DNA of 32,000 nucleotides from Synechocystis sp. PCC 6803 substr. PCC-P (GCF_000284455.1 NC_017039.1:1650001-1682000), one strand, 5' to 3'; counted from the first letter of the stretch, positions 1 to 10,651 are shown. The notes: generated from the sequence alone by a model not told the origin. A program made the numbers and translations.

Positions 1-1386
1 GAATCTCTATCCACATTGCTGGGTTTGGGCAGGGCCGCCGGAGCGGATTTTGTTGAGTTTTTCCTCGAAAAGGTCAATTACGTCAGTTGCCTAGCGGAAG
101 ACGATGCCATTACCAGCCTCACCCCCCGACTCTCCAGTGGTTGCGGTGTCAGGGTTTATAAAGGCAAAGGCGACTGCTACGTTAGCACCAACGATATTTC
201 TTTCAATGGTCTCCGCACTGCGCTGGAAAAGGGTTTGTCAATTTTGGGCTTAACCTTACCGGCGGGCCAATCCTTTGTACCTGAACTGAACTTGGAAATG
301 TTGCGGGACTATGCCGGAGCCAAGGAAAAGGATCAATGGTTACACCGTTGTAGCCCCATGCAGGAAATGAGCGATATTTTGCTGGGAGCTAACCAAAAAT
401 TAGACCACTATGCTAGCCATGCCCAATCCCGACGGGCCGCCTATTTTCGCGATTGGCAGGAGGTTCTGGTAGCCGCTAGTGACGGCACCTTTGCCCGGGA
501 CATCCGCCTGACCCAATCCGTAGGATTTTCCCTTTTTTGTGCTGATGGCGAACACCGCACTTCCATCGGTAAGCGTTCTGGGGACACCAGTAATCCCGAC
601 TATCTACGCACTTGGGACGCAGAAACCTCTGCCCAGGAAGTCGCAGAATCCGCCGGGAAAATGCTCTACGCTGACTACGTGGAATCGGGCAATTATCCCA
701 TCATTATGGCCAACCAATTCGGAGGGGTTATTTTCCACGAGGCCTGTGGTCATTTGTTGGAAACCACCCAAATTGAACATAAAACTACTCCTTTCCTCGA
801 TAAAAAAGGGGAAAAAATTGCCCATGAAAACCTCACTGCTTGGGATGAAGGGCTGACAGATAACGCCTTTGGCACCATTGATATGGACGATGAAGGCATG
901 CCCACCCAGCGCACTTTGCTGATCGAAAATGGCATTTTGAAAAATTTCATCGCCGATCGCACCGGTTCTATTCGCACTGGCCATCCCCGCACCGGCAGTG
1001 GTCGCCGCCAAAGCTATGCCTATGCGGCCGCTTCCCGCATGCGTAACACCTACATTGCCCCCGGTAATTATTCAGTGGATGACATTTTTAATTCCGTCGA
1101 AAAGGGCATTTACTGCAAGCAAATGGGGGGCGGTAGCGTGGGAGCCACAGGGGAATTTAACTTTGCGGTTTCTGAAGCTTACCTGGTGGAAAACGGCAAG
1201 TTGACTAAACCCCTCAAGGGCGCAACGTTAATTGGCACGGCCACGGAGATTATGAATAAAATTTCCATGTCTTCCCAGGATTTGGGACTAGCGGCGGGAT
1301 TCTGTGGTTCCGTCAGCGGCAGTGTCTATGTCACCGTCGGGCAACCCCACATTAAGGTTGATGGTATTACGGTGGGGGGACGTTAG
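1..1386 (+). CDS. tldD: TldD-family metalloprotease (TldD/PmbA superfamily); 5' end runs off the window
   Basis: The frame is open from nt 1, and the track start at 16 is only a TTG. It has the HExxxH zinc motif HEACGH (HEACGHLLE) and the Gly-rich C-terminal TldD/PmbA block [15 protein letters not shown]. Stop TAG at 1384-1386. Confidence 0.9.
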
Positions 1387-1424
1387 TTTTCCTGGGAATT
1401 ACAAAATCTCCCTAATTCAACAAT

Positions 1425-2324
1425 TCAACTCAAGGTACGGGCGGAAACAAACCGCTCAATGCTTGCTAGGTCCCGGTGAATTTGAATATCTTGGTAGGCT
1501 CCACTAGCTCTCAAAAGTTCAGCAACCATGGGGGCCTGGCCGGTCATGATTTCCACCAACCAAAAACCTCCGGGCTTTAAATAAGTTGGCGATCGCCGAA
1601 TGAGTTGCTCCACTGCTTGCAGGCCATCGGGGCCGCCATCTAGGGCTAAAAGGGGTTCGTGCTTAATCACTTCCGGTTGTAACTGGGCCAATTCCCGTTG
1701 GGGAATGTAAGGCGGATTAGACACCATGCCCTGGACCTGGCCCTTCAGATGCTCTAGGGGTTCCCACCAATAACCTTGATGAAATTGAATCCGATCGCCA
1801 AACTGATTCAACTGGGCATTTTCTCTGGCGATCGCCAAAGCAGAGCCGCTGCAATCCACGGCATGGACTAGGGCCTGGGGAAACGTGGCGGCTAAACCTA
1901 GGGCAATGGCTCCACTCCCCGTACCCAAATCCACCCAATGGTCAGCGCAGTTAGACGGAGATAAGGCAGAATGCTCATGTTGCACTATGTCGATTATTAA
2001 CTCCGTTTCCGGCCGGGGAATTAGTACATCATCAGTGACTTTAATCACAAAATCACGCCACTGGGTTTGCCCCAACAGGTATTGCACTGGATATTTTTCC
2101 TCGACTCTTCTGCGCCAGCCCCGTTGAATATTTTCCCAAGTTTCTTGCAAAGCAATCTCTCGATGGGCAAAATCCTGCAACCGTAGGGTTAACCGGTCTA
2201 AATCCGTCCATCCCTGCAATAACCAGTTCAATTCCCCTGTTTCAATGCCATGGGCGATCGCCATTTGTCGGGCTGTGGCATACCAACGGGCAAATTCTTC
2301 ACCGGAGACAAAGCCCTTATTCAT
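1425..2324 (-). CDS. prmC: Release-factor glutamine N5-methyltransferase (HemK/PrmC)
   Basis: 299-aa ORF with ATG at 2324 and TGA at 1425-1427. It has the SAM-binding loop DLGTGSGAIAL and the catalytic NPPY motif (VSNPPYIP). Confidence 0.9.
   Translation of the reverse strand: MNKGFVSGEEFARWYATARQMAIAHGIETGELNWLLQGWTDLDRLTLRLQDFAHREIALQETWENIQRGWRRRVEEKYPVQYLLGQTQWRDFVIKVTDDVLIPRPETELIIDIVQHEHSALSPSNCADHWVDLGTGSGAIALGLAATFPQALVHAVDCSGSALAIARENAQLNQFGDRIQFHQGYWWEPLEHLKGQVQGMVSNPPYIPQRELAQLQPEVIKHEPLLALDGGPDGLQAVEQLIRRSPTYLKPGGFWLVEIMTGQAPMVAELLRASGAYQDIQIHRDLASIERFVSARTLS
1589..1596. repeat. HIP1 octamer GCGATCGC (first of at least 30 copies in the window)
   Basis: Exact GCGATCGC copies, counted by hand, start at 1589, 1828, 2254, 3079, 7061, 8611, 8882, 9917, 10422, 11713, 12289, 13720, 14364, 14932, 15312, 15818, 17508, 18240, 19588, 20170, 20677, 20854, 22767, 23739, 24026, 24648, 26313, 26856, 30941 and 31267. 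There are also many 7/8 variants. Roughly one copy per kb is the signature of HIP1-rich cyanobacteria such as Synechocystis. Confidence 0.9.
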
Positions 2325-2501
2325 TGTGTTTACGGGGGTTTACGGTTGATGGTGGCATACATGGCATGGGCAAACTTTGGCGCTTTTACTGCGGATGGGG
2401 ATTAATTAATTCTTTTCGCTCTCCGAAAGGTGGAAGTAGAATACAGTGGAGTGTCCCCTGGAACGCCAAGCAAACGGTTATTCCTCCCCCGGTCCTGCGC
2501 C

Positions 2502-3692
2502 ATGTCTGCTAGTCCCCGCCTCCACATTCTCCTCATTGAAGACAACCTGGCTGAAGCTCGCCTCCTGCAGGAAATTCTCAAAGGCTCCCCCAAGGAAAAT
2601 TTTGCATTCAACCATGTGCAAAGGTTGGGGGATGCTTTAACGGTTTTGGCACAGGGGGAAAAGTTTGACATTATTTTGTTGGACTTAACCCTACCGGACA
2701 GCCAAGGTCTAAATTCCTTGCCGAAACTGCAAAGCCATCCTCAAAATTTACCCATCATTGTCCTCACCCATTACCAAGACGAAGAATTGGCCTTAGAAGC
2801 GGTCCGTCAAGGGGCCCAGGACTATTTGGTCAAGCGGGACGTGAGCTTGGATATTCTCCTACGTTCGCTCCATTATGCCATTCAACGCCATTGCCTCGCG
2901 CGGGAATTGGCGGCGGAAAACCAGATCCTGAGTGCCAGCATTAAACGCCAGGAAAGGGAATTGTCCGAGGCGAAGGCAGCCAATAAGCTCAAGTCAGAGT
3001 TTGTTTCCATGCTTTCCCATGATTTCCGCAATCCCCTCAATACCATTCTTTTGTCGGCGGGCTTGTTGGAAGAAAGTGGCGATCGCCTGAGTAAAGGGCA
3101 ACAACATAATTATTTCAACATGATCCGCACCGCTATTAAGGATCTAGATGAATTATTGTCGGAGGTATTACTGCTGGGAAAAACGGAAAATGGCCAGCTC
3201 AGTTGTCAATTTGAATCCCTGGATTTACTTTACTTTTGCCAGGATTTAATGCGTTTGGTGAACAATGCCCAGCGCCAACCAAGGCCGATTCATTTCCACA
3301 CCCAAGGCAATCTGCAACAGGGAGTTTGGGATGCCCATTTATTGCGCCACATTATTTGTAATCTCCTCAGCAATGCGATCAAGTATTCTCCTTCTCCCAC
3401 CCCCATTTTGTTCGATGTAATTGCCGAAGGTAAAACCATGATCTTCCGGGTCACGGACCAGGGCATCGGCATTCCTCCCCAGGCCATGGCGGAATTATTT
3501 AATCCCTTTTTCCGAGCGGACAATGTGGAGGGGGTAACGGGTACTGGTTTAGGACTGGCGATCGTACAGCGTTGTGCCAATATCCATGGGGGAGAAGTGA
3601 CAGTGGAAAGCAAGGAAGGGGAAGGGTCCTGTTTTGCTGTGCGTTTACCGATTCTGGAAATTGCCGACAATGGCGATCGGTTCAGCCCCTGA
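2502..3692 (+). CDS. Receiver-first hybrid histidine kinase (REC - coiled coil - HisKA - HATPase)
   Basis: ATG 2502 (MSASPRLHILLIEDN) is preferred over the track TTG at 2430. The receiver has the phospho-Asp context IILLDLTLPD. Kinase motifs: H-box SMLSHDFRNPL, N-box LLSNAIKYS, G1 DQGIGI, G2 GTGLGLAIV. 396 aa. Confidence 0.85.
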   Translation: MSASPRLHILLIEDNLAEARLLQEILKGSPKENFAFNHVQRLGDALTVLAQGEKFDIILLDLTLPDSQGLNSLPKLQSHPQNLPIIVLTHYQDEELALEAVRQGAQDYLVKRDVSLDILLRSLHYAIQRHCLARELAAENQILSASIKRQERELSEAKAANKLKSEFVSMLSHDFRNPLNTILLSAGLLEESGDRLSKGQQHNYFNMIRTAIKDLDELLSEVLLLGKTENGQLSCQFESLDLLYFCQDLMRLVNNAQRQPRPIHFHTQGNLQQGVWDAHLLRHIICNLLSNAIKYSPSPTPILFDVIAEGKTMIFRVTDQGIGIPPQAMAELFNPFFRADNVEGVTGTGLGLAIVQRCANIHGGEVTVESKEGEGSCFAVRLPILEIADNGDRFSP

Positions 3693-3970
3693 GAGTATGC
3701 TGGTCAAGCTCCAATCTGCCCCTACATCCCCCAACACTAGAGGCTTGTGAATACGCTCTAGGGAACGGGGAAAATTTTATCAATGGTGGCTGAATAAGAT
3801 GGGACAAAGGATGGATAGGAGTGGACTAAGGTGGAGGAAATTCTATTTTTTTCCATGTTTAGAAGGGAAGTGGAAACGCTGAAACCCTTGATTTTACAGG
3901 TTTTTTGGGACTGACATGCCCTGGAGATTTCCCTATGCTGTAGTTATTGAAAGCAAAGGAACACCTCACC

Positions 3971-4168
3971 ATGTTTGCCTCCACCAACTACACCTCCACC
4001 GCCATCCGCAACTACACCATCGCCGCCGTCACCGTTTTAACCTTGAGCATGGGTATGGGTGAATTGTTCAATAATCCTAACCGCATTGCTACCCAAAACA
4101 CCATTGACAATTACAGTTCCTACATTGGCGCTGGTTTAGTTAGCTATGCCCAGTCTTCCCTGAAATAA
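3971..4168 (+). CDS. Small hypothetical protein (65 aa, one hydrophobic segment)
   Basis: ATG 3971 (the track starts at TTG 3947). AGGA at 3957-3960 sits 10 nt upstream. A promoter-like cTGACA (3911-3916) - 17 nt - TATGCT (3934-3939) lies just upstream. Hydrophobic stretch IAAVTVLTLSMGMG. No family recognised. Confidence 0.4.
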   Translation: MFASTNYTSTAIRNYTIAAVTVLTLSMGMGELFNNPNRIATQNTIDNYSSYIGAGLVSYAQSSLK

Positions 4169-4316
4169 ACTAAGGTTGCTGGTCTTTTATCCCCATTACT
4201 CCATAGCCCGCTAAGGCTTGCAGTAGTAAGACCCATTGGTCAATCATCGCTAAAAGTAAAAGCAGAAAATATTTAGTTCAAAGAAGCAAAGTTGGCGCAA
4301 GGAAATCAGCAACAGC

Positions 4317-4700
4317 TTAATCAGCGCCGTCAACCCACTGTTGCATTGCCTTACTGAAATCCGCTAACTGCTGATAGTGCCCCAATAGACGCTGTTGATA
4401 ATGGTGCTGTCGTTGAGGGGAGCGGGCCGATCGCCAGAAGATTAATTCCGTCGAGAGCAGGCGTAGGGTTCTTTGCAATTCCGTTTGTATGGATGACCAT
4501 GGTTGCGGTCCTTGGCAAGGCCAGTCTTCCATTGTGACGCTAAGGAAATGATGCTGAATGAAATCCCCCAGTTCGTCAACCTGTTTGGCCACCGTCGCCC
4601 CCTCAGCCCCAGGATCGGCCATGGTGCACTGACATTGATCCAACAATTGCTGAAATTCCCTAAGGCGATCGGGTAAATCGAGTGGTAGCGTAGACGACAT
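4317..4700 (-). CDS. Conserved-looking small cyanobacterial hypothetical protein (possibly PatD-like; weak recollection)
   Basis: 127 aa from ATG 4700 (the track start at 4736 is a TTG). The C-terminal half is helical and Q/L/R-rich (IQTELQRTLRLLSTELIFWRSARSPQRQ...). The family assignment comes from memory of similar annotated proteins, not from a diagnostic motif. Confidence 0.55.
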   Translation of the reverse strand: MSSTLPLDLPDRLREFQQLLDQCQCTMADPGAEGATVAKQVDELGDFIQHHFLSVTMEDWPCQGPQPWSSIQTELQRTLRLLSTELIFWRSARSPQRQHHYQQRLLGHYQQLADFSKAMQQWVDGAD

Positions 4701-4874
4701 TGCTCCGATGAATTTGACGGGGGTTGGGCGAATCAAGGTTAAAATAATGTTAAGGCTTGCTGATTATTAACTCAAACTTGTCGACCCTGTGTGGTCCAAC
4801 TCCCTGGGAAATCTCCTGGGGAGAGTATCGCTTTTACCTGTCCCTAGTAAAAGGAGCAAAAATCATTAATAACC

Positions 4875-4896
4875 ATTAACATTAATTAACATTAAT
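4875..4896. repeat. 10-bp tandem repeat ATTAACATTA x2.2 in the divergent intergenic region upstream of spoT
   Basis: Read directly: ATTAACATTA (4875-4884), ATTAACATTA (4885-4894), AT (4895-4896). It is embedded in a larger ATTAA-rich patch at 4864-4896. Confidence 0.9.
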
Positions 4897-4949
4897 CCCA
4901 AAAACCTGCACCGATACAGAAATGTCTGCTACAAGATAAATACGGGATT

Positions 4950-4977
4950 TTGACAAGCTAATAGCTGATACTATTTT
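4950..4977 (+). promoter_or_regulatory. Candidate sigma70-type promoter for spoT
   Basis: Perfect -35 TTGACA (4950-4955), a 16-nt spacer and -10-like TATTTT (4972-4977), about 95 nt upstream of the spoT ATG. Sequence pattern only. Confidence 0.3.
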
Positions 4978-5070
4978 TCCCCCGTTAATTGGCAATTATC
5001 GGCTTTTTTGGTCGTTTTTTCTGTTTTATAACTAGTTAGTGCAAACTACCCTAACACCCTCCCCAAAACT

Positions 5071-7353
5071 ATGAATGCCGTCGCCGCTCTGCCCACCCCC
5101 ACCATTCACACCACCTGTGCCCAAGACATTCACGATATTGAATTGCCCCAGTGGTTAGAGGATTGTTTACAGCAGTGGCAGAGGGAGATAGAACAGGGCC
5201 AGGACGAAACAACGGCGCCCCATTGTCTAATTTGTCGAGCGTTCTGTTTTGCCTACGATCTCCATGCCCAACAGCGGCGGAAATCCGGGGAACCCTACAT
5301 TGCCCATCCGGTGGCGGTGGCGGGGCTACTGCGGGATTTGGGGGGAGATGAGGCAATGATTGCGGCGGGTTTTTTGCATGATGTGGTGGAAGATACGGAC
5401 ATTAGCATTGAACAAATTGAAGCTTTGTTTGGGGAAGAAACGGCCAGTTTGGTGGAAGGGGTAACTAAACTCTCTAAATTTAATTTTTCTAGTACAACAG
5501 AGCATCAAGCAGAAAATTTCCGGCGTATGTTTTTGGCCATGGCCAAGGATATTCGGGTGATTGTGGTCAAGCTAGCCGATCGCCTGCACAATATGCGGAC
5601 CTTAGATGCGTTAAGTCCAGAAAAACAACGGCGCATTGCTAGGGAAACCAAGGATATTTTTGCGCCTTTAGCCAACCGTTTGGGCATTTGGCGCTTTAAG
5701 TGGGAATTGGAAGATCTTTCCTTTAAGTATCTAGAACCCGATTCCTATCGCAAAATTCAGTCCCTGGTAGTAGAAAAAAGAGGTGATCGAGAATCCCGTC
5801 TGGAAACTGTCAAGGATATGTTGCGCTTCCGCCTGCGGGATGAGGGCATTGAACATTTTGAACTCCAAGGGCGCCCCAAACATCTCTACGGCATTTATTA
5901 CAAAATGACCAGCCAGGATAAGGCCTTTGAAGAAATTTATGACATTGCCGCCCTACGCATCATCGTGGAAAGCAAGGGGGAATGTTACCGAGCTCTGTCG
6001 GTGGTTCATGACGTCTTTAAACCCATTCCAGGGCGCTTTAAGGATTACATCGGTTTGCCCAAACCCAACCGTTACCAATCCCTCCACACCACAGTTTTAG
6101 GACTAACTAGCCGACCCCTGGAAATCCAAATTCGCACCGAGGAAATGCACCATGTGGCGGAGTATGGTATTGCCGCCCATTGGAAATACAAGGAAAGTGG
6201 TGGCTCCGAAAATGCAACCCTCACCTCCACCGACGAAAAATTTACTTGGTTGCGGCAACTGCTGGACTGGCAGAGCGACCTCAAGGATGCCCAGGAATAT
6301 GTGGAAAACCTTAAACAAAATCTCTTTGATGATGACGTTTACGTTTTCACCCCCAAGGGCGAGGTGATTTCCCTGGCCCGGGGGGCCACACCGGTGGATT
6401 TTGCTTACCGCATCCACACGGAAGTGGGCCACCATATGAAAGGGGCCCGGGTGAATGGCCAATGGTTGGGGGTGGATACCAGGCTGAAAAATGGCGACAT
6501 TGTGGAAATTGTCACCCAAAAGAATTCCCACCCTAGTTTGGATTGGCTCAATTTTGTTGTTACCCCCAGTGCCCGCCACCGCATCCGTCAATGGTTTAAG
6601 CGTTCCCGCCGGGATGAGAATATTCTCCGGGGTCGAGAATTGTTAGAGAAAGAATTGGGCAAAACCGGTTTGGAAGCCCTGCTGAAATCAGAACCGATGC
6701 AAAAAACGGCAGAGCGATGTAACTACCAAAATGTGGAAGATTTGTTGGCTGGTTTGGGCTACGGCGAAATTACCTCCAATTCTGTGGTCAACCGTCTGCG
6801 GGAAAATAATGTCAACAACGTTAAAAATAGCCAGTCTAGCCAGGAAGTTACCCTAGCAAGTTCCCCCCAAGTCCATCCCCCTACTCCCCCTGCCACTGGC
6901 AAAGATAATTCGCCCATCGCCGGCATTGAGGGTTTGCTGTATCACATTGCTGGTTGTTGTCATCCGTTACCGGGGGAACCCATTATGGGGGTAGTGACCA
7001 GGGGAGCCCGGGGCATTTCCATCCATCGCCAGGGTTGCCATAACCTCGAACAAATGGACGGCGATCGCCTAATTCCGGTGCGCTGGAATCCCAACACCAA
7101 TAATCACCAAACCTATCCGGTGGACATTGTCATTGAAGCCATTGACCGGGTAGGGGTGCTGAAGGATATTCTTTCTCGCCTCAGCGACAACCACATTAAC
7201 GTCCGCAACGCCGATGTTAAAACCCATTTGGGACGACCCGCCATTATTAGTCTCAAAATTGATATTCACGACTATCAACAGCTATTGGGCATCATGGCCA
7301 AAATTAAAAATATGAGTGATGTGATGGACCTGCGTCGGGTAATTTCTGGTTAG
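5071..7353 (+). CDS. spoT: Bifunctional (p)ppGpp synthetase/hydrolase, RelA/SpoT homologue
   Basis: 760 aa. HD hydrolase domain (YIAHPVAVA ... FLHDVVEDT). Synthetase domain (RFKDYIGLPKPNRYQSLHT, EIQIRTEEMHHVAEYGIAAHWKYK). TGS region (VYVFTPKGEVISLARGATPVDFAY). C-terminal ACT-like region (VDIVIEAIDRVGVLKDILSRL). Confidence 0.95.
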   Translation: MNAVAALPTPTIHTTCAQDIHDIELPQWLEDCLQQWQREIEQGQDETTAPHCLICRAFCFAYDLHAQQRRKSGEPYIAHPVAVAGLLRDLGGDEAMIAAGFLHDVVEDTDISIEQIEALFGEETASLVEGVTKLSKFNFSSTTEHQAENFRRMFLAMAKDIRVIVVKLADRLHNMRTLDALSPEKQRRIARETKDIFAPLANRLGIWRFKWELEDLSFKYLEPDSYRKIQSLVVEKRGDRESRLETVKDMLRFRLRDEGIEHFELQGRPKHLYGIYYKMTSQDKAFEEIYDIAALRIIVESKGECYRALSVVHDVFKPIPGRFKDYIGLPKPNRYQSLHTTVLGLTSRPLEIQIRTEEMHHVAEYGIAAHWKYKESGGSENATLTSTDEKFTWLRQLLDWQSDLKDAQEYVENLKQNLFDDDVYVFTPKGEVISLARGATPVDFAYRIHTEVGHHMKGARVNGQWLGVDTRLKNGDIVEIVTQKNSHPSLDWLNFVVTPSARHRIRQWFKRSRRDENILRGRELLEKELGKTGLEALLKSEPMQKTAERCNYQNVEDLLAGLGYGEITSNSVVNRLRENNVNNVKNSQSSQEVTLASSPQVHPPTPPATGKDNSPIAGIEGLLYHIAGCCHPLPGEPIMGVVTRGARGISIHRQGCHNLEQMDGDRLIPVRWNPNTNNHQTYPVDIVIEAIDRVGVLKDILSRLSDNHINVRNADVKTHLGRPAIISLKIDIHDYQQLLGIMAKIKNMSDVMDLRRVISG

Positions 7354-7466
7354 TTTGGAGGCCCAGCCGATCACCATCCCCCACTAGAGGATATCCGCAA
7401 ATCCTAACATTGGGGGATTGAAAACTTAGCCTGGGGAATTATGGGCATTGCGTCTATGGCCTGCCT

Positions 7467-7500
7467 AAAAATAAAAAAATCCCCCGAAATATGGGAGATT
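7467..7500 (-). terminator. Rho-independent terminator of ahcY
   Basis: The minus-strand RNA reads AAUCUCCC-AUAUUUC-GGGGGAUU, an 8-bp stem including one G.U pair with a 7-nt loop (7478-7500). UUUUUAUUUUU follows it (complement of 7467-7477). The hairpin starts 39 nt after the ahcY stop. Confidence 0.7.
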
Positions 7501-7538
7501 GAAGGGGTTTTAGGTAAAAAATGAATCCGTAAACGGTT

Positions 7539-8828
<1,290 letters not shown>

Positions 8829-9045
8829 CTAAGAACTTTGCTTGAATGTGATATAACTTAACATTTTATCGGTCTGGAATGGCGATCGCCCCTTTGTCCA
8901 TTGACAGACGGTTAGCGCAGGTAGGCAAAGCTCTAATCTGATCCTAAATTTTCCTACCAAAGCTCTGGCAACCCTGCAGAACTTTAAACCTATCCCCCTA
9001 GGCTTGGGGCCAGGGGACTTTTCAAGCAACTCCTTGGGGCACTAT

Positions 9046-9073
9046 TTGGAAATGTGATAATGGGAGTTATAAT
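9046..9073 (+). promoter_or_regulatory. Candidate promoter of the 9097-9739 toxin-antitoxin module
   Basis: -35 TTGGAA (9046-9051), a 16-nt spacer and consensus -10 TATAAT (9068-9073). GGAG at 9083-9086 sits 10 nt before ATG 9097. Confidence 0.4.
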
Positions 9074-9096
9074 TCGCCTCTCGGAGAAAAGTTGAA

Positions 9097-9315
9097 ATGC
9101 ACTCATTGTCATCACTGGAATTTCCTGAGCTTAAAAGTGTTATTGCCCAATGTAATCTTGAAGAAAAACTTGAATTATTAGAACTTTTGGAAAAGGATAC
9201 TTTTGGCACCAGATTTAACAAATTTTTAAATTCTGTCAAAACTGACGAATTAACCTTAGAAGACATTACACAAGAAGTTGAATCGGTCCGGCAAGCTAAT
9301 TATCATGAACAATGA
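9097..9315 (+). CDS. Putative antitoxin (72 aa, acidic, helical) of a PIN-type TA pair
   Basis: A small acidic ORF directly upstream of the PIN gene and overlapping it by 11 nt (ATG 9305 vs TGA 9313-9315). No known DNA-binding fold recognised. It shares an EEK..LLE..L / L-E-D-I-x-x-E-V motif pattern with the hox-embedded antitoxin-like ORF at 23072-23326. Confidence 0.55.
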   Translation: MHSLSSLEFPELKSVIAQCNLEEKLELLELLEKDTFGTRFNKFLNSVKTDELTLEDITQEVESVRQANYHEQ

Positions 9316-9739
9316 AGTTATCCGGGTTGTAATTGATACGAATATCTGGATCAGTTTTCTAATTGGAAAAACTCTTCAAGGTTTAAATCAAGCCATCATT
9401 GATAACCAAGTGGTCATTTTATTCAGTGACACTTTGTTTACTGAGCTGATGGAAGTATTACACCATCCTAAATTCAAAAAGTACTTTTCCGGAACAGCCA
9501 TCCAAAATTTAATCGCACTGTTAAACGAAAAAGTTGAATTGGTTGAAGTGAATCTTCATTTTGACAGTTATCGAGACAAAAAAGATAATTTCTTGCTGGA
9601 TTTGGCAGTCTCAGGCAATGCAAATTATTTGGTGACGGGAGATAGTGACCTATTGACATTAAACCCATTTGACAATGTAGAAATTATCTCCTATCAACAT
9701 TTTCAAGCTATTATTTTAGCCATGATGGATAATCAGTAA
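9305..9739 (+). CDS. PIN-domain toxin (PIN_3 / TIGR00305-like putative RNase)
   Basis: ATG 9305 is preferred over the track start at 9278. The N-terminal VVIDTNIWISFLIG and C-terminal RDKKDNFLLDLAVSGNANYLVTGDSDLL blocks are typical of PIN_3 family toxins. 144 aa. Confidence 0.8.
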   Translation: MNNEVIRVVIDTNIWISFLIGKTLQGLNQAIIDNQVVILFSDTLFTELMEVLHHPKFKKYFSGTAIQNLIALLNEKVELVEVNLHFDSYRDKKDNFLLDLAVSGNANYLVTGDSDLLTLNPFDNVEIISYQHFQAIILAMMDNQ

Positions 9740-9766
9740 TTATTAATCGATGGATTAATATTTAAA

Positions 9767-10651
9767 TTAAATATCATTCACAGCGGTGATTTTTACCTCC
9801 GTTTCTAGTTCCGATTGCACCGTCAAACCTGTTTCCAGGAAAGTTTTCACCGGTGCCACTTCTCCCCCCACCGGACTGCAATAGGCGGGAATGGCACTGG
9901 CCACCAACGCAATATGGCGATCGCCAACCGCCAAACCATGGGTAGGGTCATAGCCCCGCCAACCAGCTCCAGGCAAGTACACTTCCGCCCAGGCATGGAG
10001 TTCCCATTGACTAATCTCCGGATCTCCCACTTCGTAACCACTGACAAACCGGGCGGCTAAACCCATGGCGCGACAGACTTCCATAAATAGCACTGTTAGA
10101 TCTCGACAGGAGCCTTCTCGACTGCGCCAAGTCACCCCCGCTTCCCAGGGCTCCCCGATAGCCCGCACTGTATAGGTACAATGTTCGTAGAGTTTTTGGG
10201 TCAAATTTTGTAAAAAGGCGATCGGTTGTCGCTGGCAATCATGGGCAATGTCCTGGGCTAGTTCCACGGCCACCGGATCAAGACGACCTTCGTAGGGCAC
10301 CAAGTAACCCCTCAATTGTTGAGCCAGGGATTGGGGATAGTCAAATGGTAGTTTTAATGCCCACGGTTCTAGCAAAAAGTTGAAGGGATTTTCCATGGTG
10401 GTTTGCACAAAGGATTCCACGGCGATCGCCAGCTTTTCTGTGGGGTCAGTGAACCATACTTTTTGTTCGCCATTGCCATCGAGGGTGGTGATTTCCGCTA
10501 AACCGGCAGGGAGGGGATCAATGGTTAGATTATAGGTCAGCAGATTTTGCCAACCATTACTGCGGGGTCGCAATCGTAAACGGTGAGGACGTAAATAAAC
10601 GGGCTGATTAAAGCGATATTCAGTGTGATGTTCAATGCGATAGGTTGCCAT
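9767..10651 (-). CDS. Transglutaminase-like cysteine protease superfamily protein (Bact_transglu_N + Transglut_core)
   Basis: ATG 10651 (MATYRIEHHTEYRFNQPV, a typical N-terminal transglutaminase-like region); the track start at 10696 is a TTG. Cys-His-Asp core: EGSCRDLTVLF ... HAWAEVYLPGAGWRGYDPTH. 294 aa. Confidence 0.85.
   Translation of the reverse strand: MATYRIEHHTEYRFNQPVYLRPHRLRLRPRSNGWQNLLTYNLTIDPLPAGLAEITTLDGNGEQKVWFTDPTEKLAIAVESFVQTTMENPFNFLLEPWALKLPFDYPQSLAQQLRGYLVPYEGRLDPVAVELAQDIAHDCQRQPIAFLQNLTQKLYEHCTYTVRAIGEPWEAGVTWRSREGSCRDLTVLFMEVCRAMGLAARFVSGYEVGDPEISQWELHAWAEVYLPGAGWRGYDPTHGLAVGDRHIALVASAIPAYCSPVGGEVAPVKTFLETGLTVQSELETEVKITAVNDI

Noticed and set aside
3806-3854. Purine-rich stretch with three loose ~11-nt GGA/TGGA-containing units, followed by GGAGGAAA-loop-TTTTTTTCC
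   Set aside because: The periodicity is too degenerate to call a repeat. The hairpin relies on two G.U pairs and uses the T-run as its own 3' arm. It might be a weak terminator for the upstream kinase, but that is not supportable.
6103-6591. 162-aa minus-strand ORF (also the smaller ORFs 5069-5356, 5326-5508, 5505-5687 and 6072-6284 on the minus strand)
   Set aside because: All are antisense or out-of-frame within spoT, and none has motifs or start context. The same reasoning applies to the short shadow ORFs inside tldD, prmC, the kinases, hoxH, hoxF, the M16 peptidase and the mutase listed in the track.
9042-9266. 74-aa minus-strand ORF
   Set aside because: It is antisense to the antitoxin ORF and its promoter. 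It is Ser/Asn-rich and low-complexity, reflecting AT-rich DNA.
9742-9759. ATTAATC-GATG-GATTAAT hairpin between the convergent PIN toxin and transglutaminase-like genes
   Set aside because: The 7-bp inverted repeat is perfect, but it has only one G:C pair and no flanking U-run. It is too weak to call a terminator.
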